A stretch of 64,000 nt of DNA from Kudoa neothunni (Eukaryota > Animalia > Cnidaria): positions 7,210,035-7,274,034 of the forward strand of contig OZ199838.1 in NCBI GenBank assembly GCA_964304625.1. Direction: 5' to 3'. Below are positions 26,238 to 37,669 of this stretch, one piece after another. How positions within the stretch are numbered: the stretch's first letter is position 1; every line of letters begins with the position of its first letter. Position numbers and translations under genes: made by a program. Under the pieces are notes generated by a model that did no database searches, was not told the DNA's origin, and saw only the letters and a list, made by a program, of their open reading frames with translations.

Positions 26238-27006
26238 TACTTATTTTAGTGATTCTTTGTTTAAAATTCAGCATCAACTGATAATAGAAGCTAAATTATA
26301 ACAATTAAAAAATAGATTTTTAAAACCGAACCGATCTTAACCCCTATTTGCTTTAGGTAAACACTCAATGATTTTACATTAGTATTAGACTACCACGAAT
26401 TTCGAAGTTACCAAAAAAATTGATAACTAACAACTTTAAAAATGATTAATTTATATTTAATAATTTTTTAAAAATTTAATCATTTTAAAATAAATGAATA
26501 AAAACTACATGAGGCCCACCTCTTGGATTCTATGTAAAAAGTCGCCTCGTTACAATGAGGGCATGTAATTTTCGATTAAAATCGATTTTGCTCGATTTAA
26601 ACCGTCAAGTTGGAGGTAAATAGGCGGGTTTTATTTTTTTTATCGAAAAAATCAGTTTCCGCCGAAAAGGAACGTATGAAAATGAGAAGAAAGTGACGTG
26701 TATTGGCTAATTACTTGGTAGAATGGAACGATTTTGAAGAAATTAAGGATTCTCCGGTTTATAAATATTGCAAAGGATTTAACGAATTTTTGGAGACACA
26801 ATCTGATGGTCTTAATATGCTCAACTTACCATTAATTTTTTTAATTATTCTCTCATTTCGTTGTATGATTTCTCAAAGTTAATAGAAACAAACGAGAAAT
26901 TTTCATCACGGATTTTTTATTCGATAAAGGATGATTTTGTAATTAACAGAGATAATTTGATATTTAAACGTGAAAATTAGTGTGATGCCACAAATGAAGA
27001 AATTAA

Positions 27007-28141
27007 CCCTCCCGGGACCATGCAGAGCCTTTTGAGACCCCATTTGTCGTAAATCTGTGTTTTTACCTATCAGAACTCCAAATTCTGGTTTATAAGTTCA
27101 TTTAATCTCCTATAATTGTGCGAATTTTGTTTATGTGAACTTTTGTAAAAAAGAAACGACACATATTCTGTTAAAAAATGTGTTCAATGGGTCGTCGGTT
27201 TATAAACTCGCCTTATAAATCATTTTTTAAGCGTAATATCAAACGTTATCTTGTTATATGGCCATAATGTAATTATAATGACACGAATAAATAAAAATTG
27301 TATGGAGAATGTTATAGTTTTTATTTCCCTCATGTTGTAAAAAAGGATTCCGACGAAGTCAAAGGATAGTTTTAGGGATTCAAGTTAGTACTTACCAAAA
27401 CGTGCTGCTTTTTAATAATTAGGGGCGGTATCATATTGTTGATATTTTTTATAATATTCATTAATGTTTATCATTTATTAAAATATGATGCTTCAATGGG
27501 TCCTAGAACACCTATATACATATATATATATATATGTGTTCTTTCTACATACAGTATAATCATAATGGATTAAATTATGTAATTTAGATTTATCTTTAAA
27601 TATTAATTAGGTGTTGATAAGAATTAACTAATTTTTGGAAAATATTAATTAATAAGAAAACCACAAAAATCAACACCAATTAAAACTTGGACCATAATAT
27701 TCATTTTTATTCCGTTCAATGAATTAGGTCAAGTATGATCCACCAATCAACGTAGAGACTACCGAGGTCAGCCGTGTGTGTAACCCACGGGATGTGTTGC
27801 CGTTTGTCTCATTATTTGTGAAAATAATAACTAGGAAGCATTTATTTTATTTCCCATCGACTGAAACGGATTTGAGACAGTTGTGTCTATCTTATAACAT
27901 AACAATAAGATGGAGTATGGGAAGTTATATTCGTAACGCTTATTGGAAGGTTCTTGAAATTTTATATTGATTCATTTATTTATTTAATTATTCAGATACT
28001 ATTATTAATAGTGATAAATATGCTCTTTGTAAATATAAAAAATTAAGAGAAAATACAATCGCTATCCTAGAAAACGTCTGGGGTACCTTAGGTATTCCCA
28101 TGGTTACACGCGTAAGTTTTTTGAGAACGGTCCTTCGAGGG
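27007..28141. mobile_element. Non-autonomous piggyBac-like element
   Basis: TTAA at 27003-27006 and 28142-28145, imperfect TIR CCCTC...GGACC and subterminal GGGG/CCCC motifs. No transposase ORF. Contains a (TA)n tract at 27520-27535. Confidence 0.65.
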
Positions 28142-28541
28142 TTAATCGATCAATACTCAAAAGATTGAGGAAACTTTTCCTTCTCTTTAAGTTTTCCAAA
28201 CGATGAAATATATTGATCCACTCACTCCACTTATTACTAATAAATTAAATGTCAATTATCTAATTCATTTTAGAATGGCTCCCGCATCCCCAGTGGTGAC
28301 TCTTCGCATCCCTGAAAGGAAACATTGCATCAGATTCGAGTTTAGTTTTTTTTAATTGTCCACACCTCGCATTTGGATGAATTCTTATCATCCGGCCAAC
28401 AAAACGTAATATTTAATAAAAATGTTAATTGATAATGAAATTTTTTGAGGGCGCGCAAAAATTAACAATAGCATGGACCCTAGAATTAAATCCAAATATT
28501 GATTCGATAAAAAGACACATATATAAATAAAACTGATAGTA

Positions 28542-31329
28542 TCAAACATTATTTGTTTTATTTTTTACATCTATACGACATTTAATCAGATGAATAATTT
28601 CTTGGGAGGTTAGTATGTTATCGTTGCCAGTAGAATGTGAGGTGACGTCAAGTAGAGAAGTGAGATCATTTGGAGGCAAACTAAGAATGCGAAGCACTTC
28701 ATTTAATCTATTAATGTTATTATTAATTAGTCATCCATGTAATTAATACTTTTGGAAAACTTGCGAAAGTTTTATAACAGCAGTAATATTTGCATAGGAA
28801 TCAATGAGTGGAATAAAAAAATGAGTAACATCTCTGGCTATACGTACACTGGAGGAGCGGTTGAATTTATTTGTCCATACAACCTCAAAACATTCTATAA
28901 TCGTGTAACAAAAGGTGGAAATAATACATCATTAATCAAATAGTTTTCAATGTCATTAAAAACCAATAGGAAAGCATCTCTGATAAAATTTGGATGTAAA
29001 TTGTAACTTTGGTCAAGTAGAGAGGATCTTAGATAGTTCAAGAAATGAATAAAAGCTTCACTTTCAGGAGCTTGAAGTTTTTCCAAAAGTGTCAAATCCA
29101 ACGTAGTCTTTTCCCAACTAAATTAGACAATAAACAACCACGAAAGATTTAAAAGTGTCTAGTCACTCGTATTTCTTGTAGGGTTTTAAGATAGTGGAAA
29201 TATTTGTTTGGATGGTTTTATTCAAGGATACCACGTATTTATGTATCTTTTTGCACATTTTGTCAATAATAGCATCCATAAGACGAATTGTTGAGCTACA
29301 CTTGATACACCACTATGTTATTGGTTACTATTAATATTTTTCCTTTAGATTGAATAAAATATACAGACTTAACCAAAAACTTTTCAATCTGTTCTGTGAA
29401 AAAATACAAAGTGTTGCATGGAAGTATGATGACAGTGACAGGTGCGAAGCCATTGGGCACCTCGTTGTTAGTGGAACCGTAACCCAGTGTCAAATAACTG
29501 AATGGTAACATGTATTGAGACATTTTATGGGTGTTTGAGTTGTTTATTATCGATGTGGCATGAGAATCCATTTCATTTACAATATTACAGATAACTTCAT
29601 CTAAAAATAAGGCAAGCATATCAGGTACATAAACAATGCCGTCATCATCGATAGCAGAAGTAGAGGATTGATCCGACGAGATACAATTGATTATTAGTTC
29701 GATATTTTCTTAAAAAATATCAAATTTATTCATCAACAAAAACTTACTAATAGCAATTTGAATCAACTCCCAAGATTCATGAAGAAAAGTTGGCAAATAA
29801 AAATAAGATCTTTTGAGAATATGGGTTTTGAAGTAGGCGAAATCGTTCTCCTCTTTAACCTTGAATCCTTCATTAATATTGAGTTTCAATTTTCGTTTGA
29901 TTTCTAACCGGTTTATATTTATTCTATTTAAACCACTAAATAATGCCATCTATTACCATCTTTAAGTGCGGTCAAATAGTTGCTCAAATGACAGCAATTA
30001 TTGCAAGTGTAAACATTTACAAAACAATTCATTTCCACCAAACAGGGGTATTGGACAGCGATCTCTTGATAGTAATAAATGATCTGATCGAAATAGTATA
30101 TGCGCTGGAAATTGGAATCGATCGAATCCAAACAACATTTTAATTTTGTGGTTAAAATATTACTCATCATTTGCACAAAATATATCTAAAATAAATAACA
30201 ACACATTATCTAAGCAATTGGTAAGAAAAAGTATGCCTATATTTTTAAGGCTAAACCTAAAAACAATATGCTATTACTTTAATACTACTCAATTCTTCAA
30301 AGTATATTTGTAGATCATCAAAAAACGCTGTATTATCAAGAATCCAATAGTAGACTTGTTTGAGGAATAATTCCGGCTGCAAATTTAAGAGTTTATTTAG
30401 AAAATGCTAGATACGCCTAATATTACATGATTGACATCGTTGGTTTGATAACTCCCATTAAAATGAACATCAAAAAGCGTAATGAAGGGGCAAACTAACA
30501 CGGAAAAAACCCCTATTTGATCTTTCCCTCTAGAAAGTAACAAATAATAAAAGGTCGGCCCATTCTATTAATGTAACTACAAATGTTGATAGATATCCAA
30601 CTTGAAATGAAGCAACTGGACGAATCTGATGGTCAAGGGGCTACCATGATGTAAACGTGTTTGGCTTTGCTTCGAATCATCGACCATTGGGAAATTTATT
30701 TGAGATAACACTTTCCCAATAAATTTATCCAGCTGTTCAATTGTTGAATTAACAATATCGACTTCAAAATCCTTTAAGAATGCAAACAGCTGAACTGATT
30801 TGTAGCTAGAACAGCGTGAAAGTTGCTTGTTCAATATGATCAGCTCGTATATTTGTTTTTTAAATAGAAAAAAATTATTTTTCTGTACTATATTGTCACC
30901 GCTGAATGTTACATCATATTGTTCACTAATATAAAATATACAGTGCAAATTTGATAAAAAATTACGCTATTTTCTGCTGCATTTGAATTAGACTGAAGTA
31001 AAACCAAACGATGGGAGTTTTCTGCTTGTGAAATTGAACACATTGGTCAACAACTGAACCAAACTTTTCCCTCAATTCTTCATTTTGCTGATAGACACAT
31101 TGCCGAAGTTCGTTCAACTTTTTAAATTCAGCAGACAATTTTTCAATTTGATCTTTTTTTTTTATTTCTAATTCTCCGACCTCCTGGTTAAGACCATCCA
31201 ACTGGATCGATCAAAGTTAATGGTAATGTAAAATAGGCAAAAGATTTATTGTACCTTAAGTTGTATTTTTCGTTTCTCATCCTCGTAAAATTCAAGTTTT
31301 TTAATTATTCTTTCTAACAATGACATCAT
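28542..31329 (-). CDS. RINT1: RINT1/Tip20 (NRZ/Dsl1 tethering complex subunit), multi-exon
   Basis: Spliced VFSVLVCPFITLFDVHFNGSYQTNDVNH|PELFLKQVYYWILDN matches the RINT1 motif LTPLQKRFRYHF.GN.QTN..SKPEWYL.QVL.WI.N. Also an N-terminal coiled coil, VLSQINFP, VPDML and ARDVTHFFIPL. The ORF breaks I checked are explained by introns of about 40-55 nt. ATG 31327-31329, TGA 28542-28544. Confidence 0.8.
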
Positions 31330-32373
31330 TCACCATGCGAATTTGTACTAGTTAAAAATTGTCGGCGCATGCATTAGGTCTCATTTACATATTTATTAAT
31401 TAAATGAAGATAAAAATTTTAATTAGCTATTTTTAAAAAATTCAAGATGATTCACCACTGTGATCATATTTTTTGTTAATTTTTAAGATAATAGGTGGTT
31501 GCGTGCGCGTAGTTAGTTTCTTCTTGGTACATGGCCAGTCAAAATTGAAAATTTCTTTGAAAAATTACATTGGGGATATTCGAATATTATCTTATATAGT
31601 CTGTTACTTTGAACTAAATGACTGCACAGTTCAAAGATATTAACATATAATTTATTTTTTATATGTTTTCCAGAATTTTCTTTCTATTTTTAATGTATAG
31701 ATATTATTTATTTCTTACAGATTTACAGTTTTTATTTTGCAATCTTATAAATATTTAAATCATCAGTTTAATGTTAATACTTATATTTATTGAAAAAAGT
31801 ATCTAAATTAAATTATAAGGAAAACTCTTCATGAGAAATTTTAAAAACAACACAAGCTGCAAAATATGAGAATTAACCATTACTCCTGATGAAGTATGTC
31901 ATAAGTCGTGAATGATGATAAGATTTGTAAGCGTATTTTAGATATTTATTATTCGTGGAAACTCAAAAAGACATATTAAAAAATTACAAGGATTTACTTT
32001 TGATTTTTGAAGAAAACCATCCCAAATTATTTTGGAAGCGTTTTGGGTTTATAACTGCTTTAATGTTTTAGCCGGGTTATTATTTCATATACGTTTTTAA
32101 AAAACAAAATTGAGAACACAACAAACGTTTTATTGTTCAACTTTCCAAGCTATAATAATTTTCTTCGCATAAAATTTCCTCATTTGAGAAGGAATTGATA
32201 AATATTTCACGTTTAATTAAATAATTATTTTGTCATTTTTCAAAGTTATTTGAAGAATTTTCGATTGCATCAAAAAATTAGATAATACACTTATATTAAT
32301 TCTTAGTATTTCTCAGTGGCTATTCTTGAATTAAATTTTAATATGTAACTATTCTTGTCTTACGATTTTGTAT

Positions 32374-32922
32374 CAGGGGTCGGCGACGGCCGGGCCGGGA
32401 GCTTTCCTCATCCGACCAGCGGGAGAGGGATTCCTGATAAAGTTCAATTTTTTTATCAGATACTACTTGTATAATTTACCCTATTTTTATGAACGATCTT
32501 TCCAGTACATGAAGCTAAATCGAAAAATAAACGAAGTTATCAAATATTATCTCCCCTTTTCTAAACATAATGTGTGAGAAACAAATTAAAGATTAGATTA
32601 TTCCCCCAAACGACCTACTTATTTTTACTAATGGTATGGTATTAGTCTTGCTGTAACGAATGGAAACCTTTAATTATTGTTCTTTACGATTTTGAACCAT
32701 CATAAATATACACAACCAAGGAAATTTTGAAATAAAAAAATGTCGAACGTTCGTAATGTTTTTCTTGCATTTCAAGGAAAATGTATAATTTATAAATTTG
32801 CTAAGACAATTCTATAATGTAATATGAAAGATCCATTACGGCTAATGGATTTATAAATAATTTGGTCACCCAGTTTAGCATGACTATTCGGCCCGACAAT
32901 CCAATCAGTTTGCCGACACCTA
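32374..32922. mobile_element. hAT (Charlie/Buster-like) MITE, 549 bp
   Basis: Ends CAGGGGTCGGCGA / TTGCCGACACCTA and perfect 8-bp TSD TTTTGTAT at 32366-32373 and 32923-32930. Confidence 0.8.
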
Positions 32923-33344
32923 TTTTGTATAATAAACTTTAAATATTGCAGAATATCCCAAATTATTAATATTCTCATAATAAAAGAGGAAACTATTGTT
33001 AATTTATTGATTTAAAATCGTTAAAGTGCATTTTAGTCATATCCTACCTAGTTAAACTTATTTTTATCGCTATTAACCAATCAATCCGTTACATAATGAA
33101 AGTAAATACATTCATAAGACAAGTATACATTATTTTAATTGAATGTTAATTTAAATATATTCCAAAAAAGTTTGCAATTTGATCGTGAAATGACCCGTCA
33201 CGTTTTATTTCCCACGCACGCGCACGAATCACCACATCATTTCTCATTGCTCCTTTTCCACAATAAACATTTCAACCATTTATATAAAGTGAAAATCTTT
33301 TATTAAATGAATTAGTCGATAGGTGAGATGAGGAAATCACGATA

Positions 33345-34545
33345 ATGCGTCGATCCCGATATAGTCACGTGATCGACGTTAGTATGGAAACCAATGAGGA
33401 GGATCATCCACAAGAATCAACCATTGACAGATGGGCTGTTGTTCCAATCACACAGGAGGATAATCCTCATGGTGTATTGGAAGAGAGTACATTCAGTATA
33501 CTTTTCCCCAAATACAGGGAAGGGTTTTTTAAAGAAATTTGGCCATATTTGACCAAAAAAATGAATGAATATGTAATATTATATCGTGGTTGATGGAATA
33601 ATGGTATTTATCTAGAATTTAAACGCCAAACTTGACGTGATTGAAGGCACTGTATCAGTTTCAAACACCAAGAAAACATGGGATCCATTTATTATTATCA
33701 AAGCTAGAGACATGCTTAAAATGATGGCTCGAAGTGTGCCCTATAATAAAGTGATTGCAAATTTGAGAATCTTTAAAATTTATTGAGATTTTATTTTAGG
33801 CTGTTAGAATATTAGAAGATAACGTTTTCAGTGAGGTTATTCAGGTGAAAAATTTGGCGTCCAATACTGAACGTTTTATTCGAAGACGATCTCGTTTAAT
33901 TGGAAACAATGGGACAACTATACAAGTAAATATAGAGTTGAGTTTAGTCGTTGTGGTAGCAAATTGTGTAGGCATTAGAACTTCTTACCGAATGCTATAT
34001 TAAAGTTCAAGGTGGAACTGTCACTGTAATTGGACCGTATAAAGGTATAAAAGCCGTTAGAAAAGTGGTTGAAGATACTTTCTTTAATGTGCATCCAATC
34101 TACAACATAAAAGCTTTGATGGTGAGGAAAGAGTTGCTAAAAGATGAGAAATTAATTCACGAAGATTGGACTCGTTTTATACCCACTTACAAAGGGCGCC
34201 ATATTGAACAAGAAAAACCAAAACAAAAGATCAAAAAGAAGAAAAAGGAATACACACCATTCCCACCTGCTCCAGTTGAGAGCAAAGTATTATTGGATGT
34301 TGAATAATTCTGGCACAGTTGACGGTTTTCAATTTTAGATTGATAAAGAATTGGCATCTGGAGAATATTTCATGAAGGCTCATGAGAAAAAAATCACAAA
34401 AGAACTAAAAAGGCGAGAAGCTCAACCATCTAAGATGATTAAGAAAAGTGCTGAGCGTTCGAAACGATATCAACCACCAACTTCTAGAAACGAAGTGTTG
34501 GCTAATGTTAAATCTGAGGCCAACCACGCTAATGCTTCTAAATAA
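33345..34545 (+). CDS. KRR1: KRR1 small-subunit processome KH-domain protein (5 exons)
   Basis: [78 protein letters not shown] and LASGEYF. Confidence 0.95.
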
Positions 34546-34896
34546 ATGTAAATACGACAAACCGCCTGGAAAACCTATAAATAAATTGCATGTAGTTAGC
34601 TTTGGCAATTCTTATAATTATGTTTTGTATGATGGTGTTTTTTGCCGATATCAAATTATTTTATGACCTAGTTTGTAATTTTTATAACACCCCTCCTTTA
34701 ATTGTTAGTGTCGATATGCTAGAGTCATTTGATTCGTGTTTATACAAAATTTAAATCGGTGAATATTTGTTATGCGAGGGAAGTTGGCTATTATTCTACC
34801 CCTCAAGCCCTAGTAATATTATCGCTAAATTTCATTAGAGCAATTTAGATTGTTTTTTCTCTATATAAATGTTAGGGTATAAAATTAGATAATTAG

Positions 34897-35895
34897 AATG
34901 AGATTTCAATAGAATTGAAAGGTCCGCATTATTTCCAACTAGTAATAGATGATATAAATATTTAAATCAACATGTCTAAAGCGTAACAAATGCGTTTTTT
35001 TAATCTCAATTATCAATCAAACTTTATTATCTATTAGAATGCGACGTAGGATGTGGTGCGAATCTCGTAATTTGGCCCTAATTCCGGAGGTTATAAGTTT
35101 TTATTCCCAGCTGGTTAACACAATTTCATTTGCATTTTTCATCTTTACTCTGTAATAAGAGCTATAATTAGAATGGCTGTAAACCATTATTAGTGATAGC
35201 ATTTGCAATAATAGTTCAGTTCAATGAGCATGGGTTTTCTTAGACGTTCAAATTGTCGAAGACTTATTAGGAATAAAATGGTTGCAGGCATCACAAATAT
35301 ATTCCCGTCGAAGATGAAGGGTTAGGATTTGACGTGGTGGTTTTCTTTAAGAAAAGGACGTTTAGCGGGTTAGATTTCCTAATTGCCGTAGAAACATGAG
35401 GCGAGTGGTTACAGGAAATTCACTGCGGCGCCCAAGGCGTTCACAGAATGGGTCTGGTTGGTCAGGACTCCATAGCTTAATAAGCTGCGTAAGTCGTTAT
35501 TCTTTGTGTTTGAAATAAAACCAAATTAGGTTTGTACGCTTAAGAAGCACTAAACATTAGTCGCACAACATACGTTTGATGAAGCGAAGTTCACTTTTCA
35601 TTTTAAAGGTCCAAAAGAATAACCATGAGAAATAAATAACATCAAGATTACAAAAATATTTATTTGTTTTAAATAAAGGTTTGATTATAAATTAATCCTA
35701 AGATGTCTGTTTAAATATGCTTTTTTTACTTTTTTTCAATTATTTAATATAACAATTTAATTAGAACTAAATTTTAGCTTAAATTAATTAACAATTTTTT
35801 CGAATATCTATATTTCTGCTTTATATGTATATCTAATTAAACGATGTTCACAGGAGACATTGGATGAAAGAATGCTACGCGTACAAGTATGTTAA
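34897..35895 (+). CDS. Hypothetical small multi-exon gene with one hydrophobic segment (first exon not found)
   Basis: Six short AG/GT-bounded exons join in phase: NEISIELK|ECDVGCGANL|LVNTISFAFFIFTL|HHKYIPVEDEG|NMRRVVTGNSLRRPRRSQNGSGWSGLHSLISC|ETLDERMLRVQVC*. No known family recognised. Confidence 0.3.
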
Positions 35896-36322
35896 GTCAA
35901 AGGGTTAGGCGTCCACAACAAACGGAGAAGAAAAGGCAACATATGAGAGAAGAAAATGTGTTTCCTTCAACATCGCGGTGTCCTTCCGACCCTGTTTTTG
36001 TGGAAACTTGATTCAATTAGCGTAGCATATTTTCTTTCTCTTTACTTTCCTTTGTTTTCTCCTTGTTGGGCACGTCTGATCTAATTATTTATTGTTACTA
36101 TTACGTGTAGTCGTTCTTCTTACGTGTGTCTTTGTGGCTTGTTTTTAATCTTTTTGTTTAACGCTATTTACACTTTTATGTTATTATTCAATGTTGTTGT
36201 TATTATAATTTTTTGCTTTTTGTCTATCTTTATTCTAATGAAATTTTTTCGTCTAAAAACTAAAATATTGAGCCTCTGTAAACTGTTTTTATAACCAAGA
36301 GTAAAGCTCGGTATTAATGATA

Positions 36323-36691
36323 TCTATCATATATGTAAAGTTTTTGTGTCCTTAGGTGTGTGTACATTTAATATTTTCATCAATAAGACTGCATCATATT
36401 GTTAGAAATAAACTAATGTTTTTAAACTCTGAATTAGCTTTTGTGCTATTTAAATAGTGGATATTTCGTGGTATATCATATGTAAAATTCCTAGAAATTG
36501 ATTAAAACGCTACGAAATAAGATTGTGCCCGGTTGTTAATCTATCACATCCGATTTTTTTGTGTAATCTTTGTGCTACTTATCTAAGCACATTTAATTTA
36601 CTTTGAACTCTAAAAGACCATAGGCTACGCCAGTCTTTAGCCTACCTGAGCCGGGTAAGGAAGCCTCTGCGAAGCGGGGCTTATGCGCTAG
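36323..36691 (+). mobile_element. Candidate non-autonomous Helitron (about 370 bp)
   Basis: 3' GC hairpin AAGCCTCTGC-GAA-GCGGGGCTT (36661-36682) followed by CTAG|T (36688-36692). Plausible 5' A|TCTATC with TG-rich sequence. No TSD, as expected for Helitrons. Confidence 0.55.
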
Positions 36692-37151
36692 TATTTGATA
36701 AATGAGATTTAAATTATTATCCATAGAAATTAAAAATTCCAATATATAAGCTCAAATATTGTATTTTTATGGTGTTTTTTCTTTTATAACTGCTTTAATA
36801 ATAAATTACGTGAGCAATTTTGTCCAAATATCACATCTTATGATCCTCCAATATTATATTTAACTTACTTGTCCATTAAACTCAAAAAATCAGCGATTTA
36901 AGTAAAATTTTTAATATTTTGTAGTCCCAAGATACATTTTATTAAAAATTAAAATAAATCCAAATTATATTTGGCAGCTAATTATACTGAACCACCCAAT
37001 CTGTACAAATCCAATCAATCTCATAGAATATTTGGCAAATACTAACGACAAAGAACACAATGAAGTGTTTGTGTCTTAAGTGAGCATATATAAATTCAAA
37101 CAAATGCAGGAAATGTTAAACCCACCAAAACACAGTTTAGTTAGAAGTCAA

Positions 37152-37590
37152 TTAGACACGGAAAAGTTTTCCACTGTCAAGAGCCGCCTCCCAACGTTCA
37201 ATCTAAAAAAAGTTCATATAAAATGACACTCTAGCGTATAAGTTACTCTTGAAGGAGAACAAACCAGAGGGACACGTTTTACATAGTAGTCACATACTGT
37301 GCCAGGTTTTTCGCCATGTTTTCTAAGGCATTTCAGTTTATCGATGAACATTTGATAGCAACGACCATCTCCTCTTCTCGAGGGGAATCTAGGATCAGCA
37401 AACAAATACAGTTCATCCTCATCAACACGATCTTTTTTATGATCTTGAACATAGCGATAGATAGCGGGCTAAACAATCATTCTATTAACATTCATGGCCC
37501 AACTCATAATTATACAAAAGGTCTTCTAAATTCCTTGTTTGGAAAATTTCTGACGAATTTATCAGCTCTAGGTAGGTCTTCTGGATCCAT
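37152..37590 (-). CDS. COX6B: Cytochrome c oxidase subunit 6B (3 exons)
   Basis: Spliced ...FADPRFPSRRGDGRCYQMFIDKLKCLRKHGEKPGTVCDYYVKRVPLVCSPSR|IERWEAALDSGKLFRV* shows DPRFP, the Cx9C...Cx10C pattern and a W..A...G.F tail. Confidence 0.85.
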
Positions 37591-37669
37591 CTAGGCGACA
37601 GGCTTAAGTAGTTTGAAAATCGTACTGATTCGTACAATTTTATATCCCCGATAGTCAACGAAGGGAATA
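37591..37669. promoter_or_regulatory. Putative bidirectional promoter between COX6B and API5
   Basis: Only 79 bp separate the two divergent ATGs. Confidence 0.55.

Larger units (their letters stand above)
22843..26346 (-). mobile_element. hAT (Ac/hobo-like) element, defective
   Basis: TIR TAGGGGTTAAGA(T)CGGTTCG and perfect 8-bp TSD TTTGCTTT at 22835-22842 and 26347-26354. Confidence 0.92.

Noticed and set aside
35318-35909. Two AGGGTTAGG motifs (about 35318 and 35901) as a possible telomerase RNA template
   Set aside because: The first coincides with a predicted splice donor and neither has a supporting pseudoknot or structured context. The GC rise is better explained by exons.
36661-36690. 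CGGGGCTTA as the RNase MRP CR-V motif
   Set aside because: No upstream GAAAGTCCCC partner nearby. The hairpin plus CTAG fits a Helitron end better.
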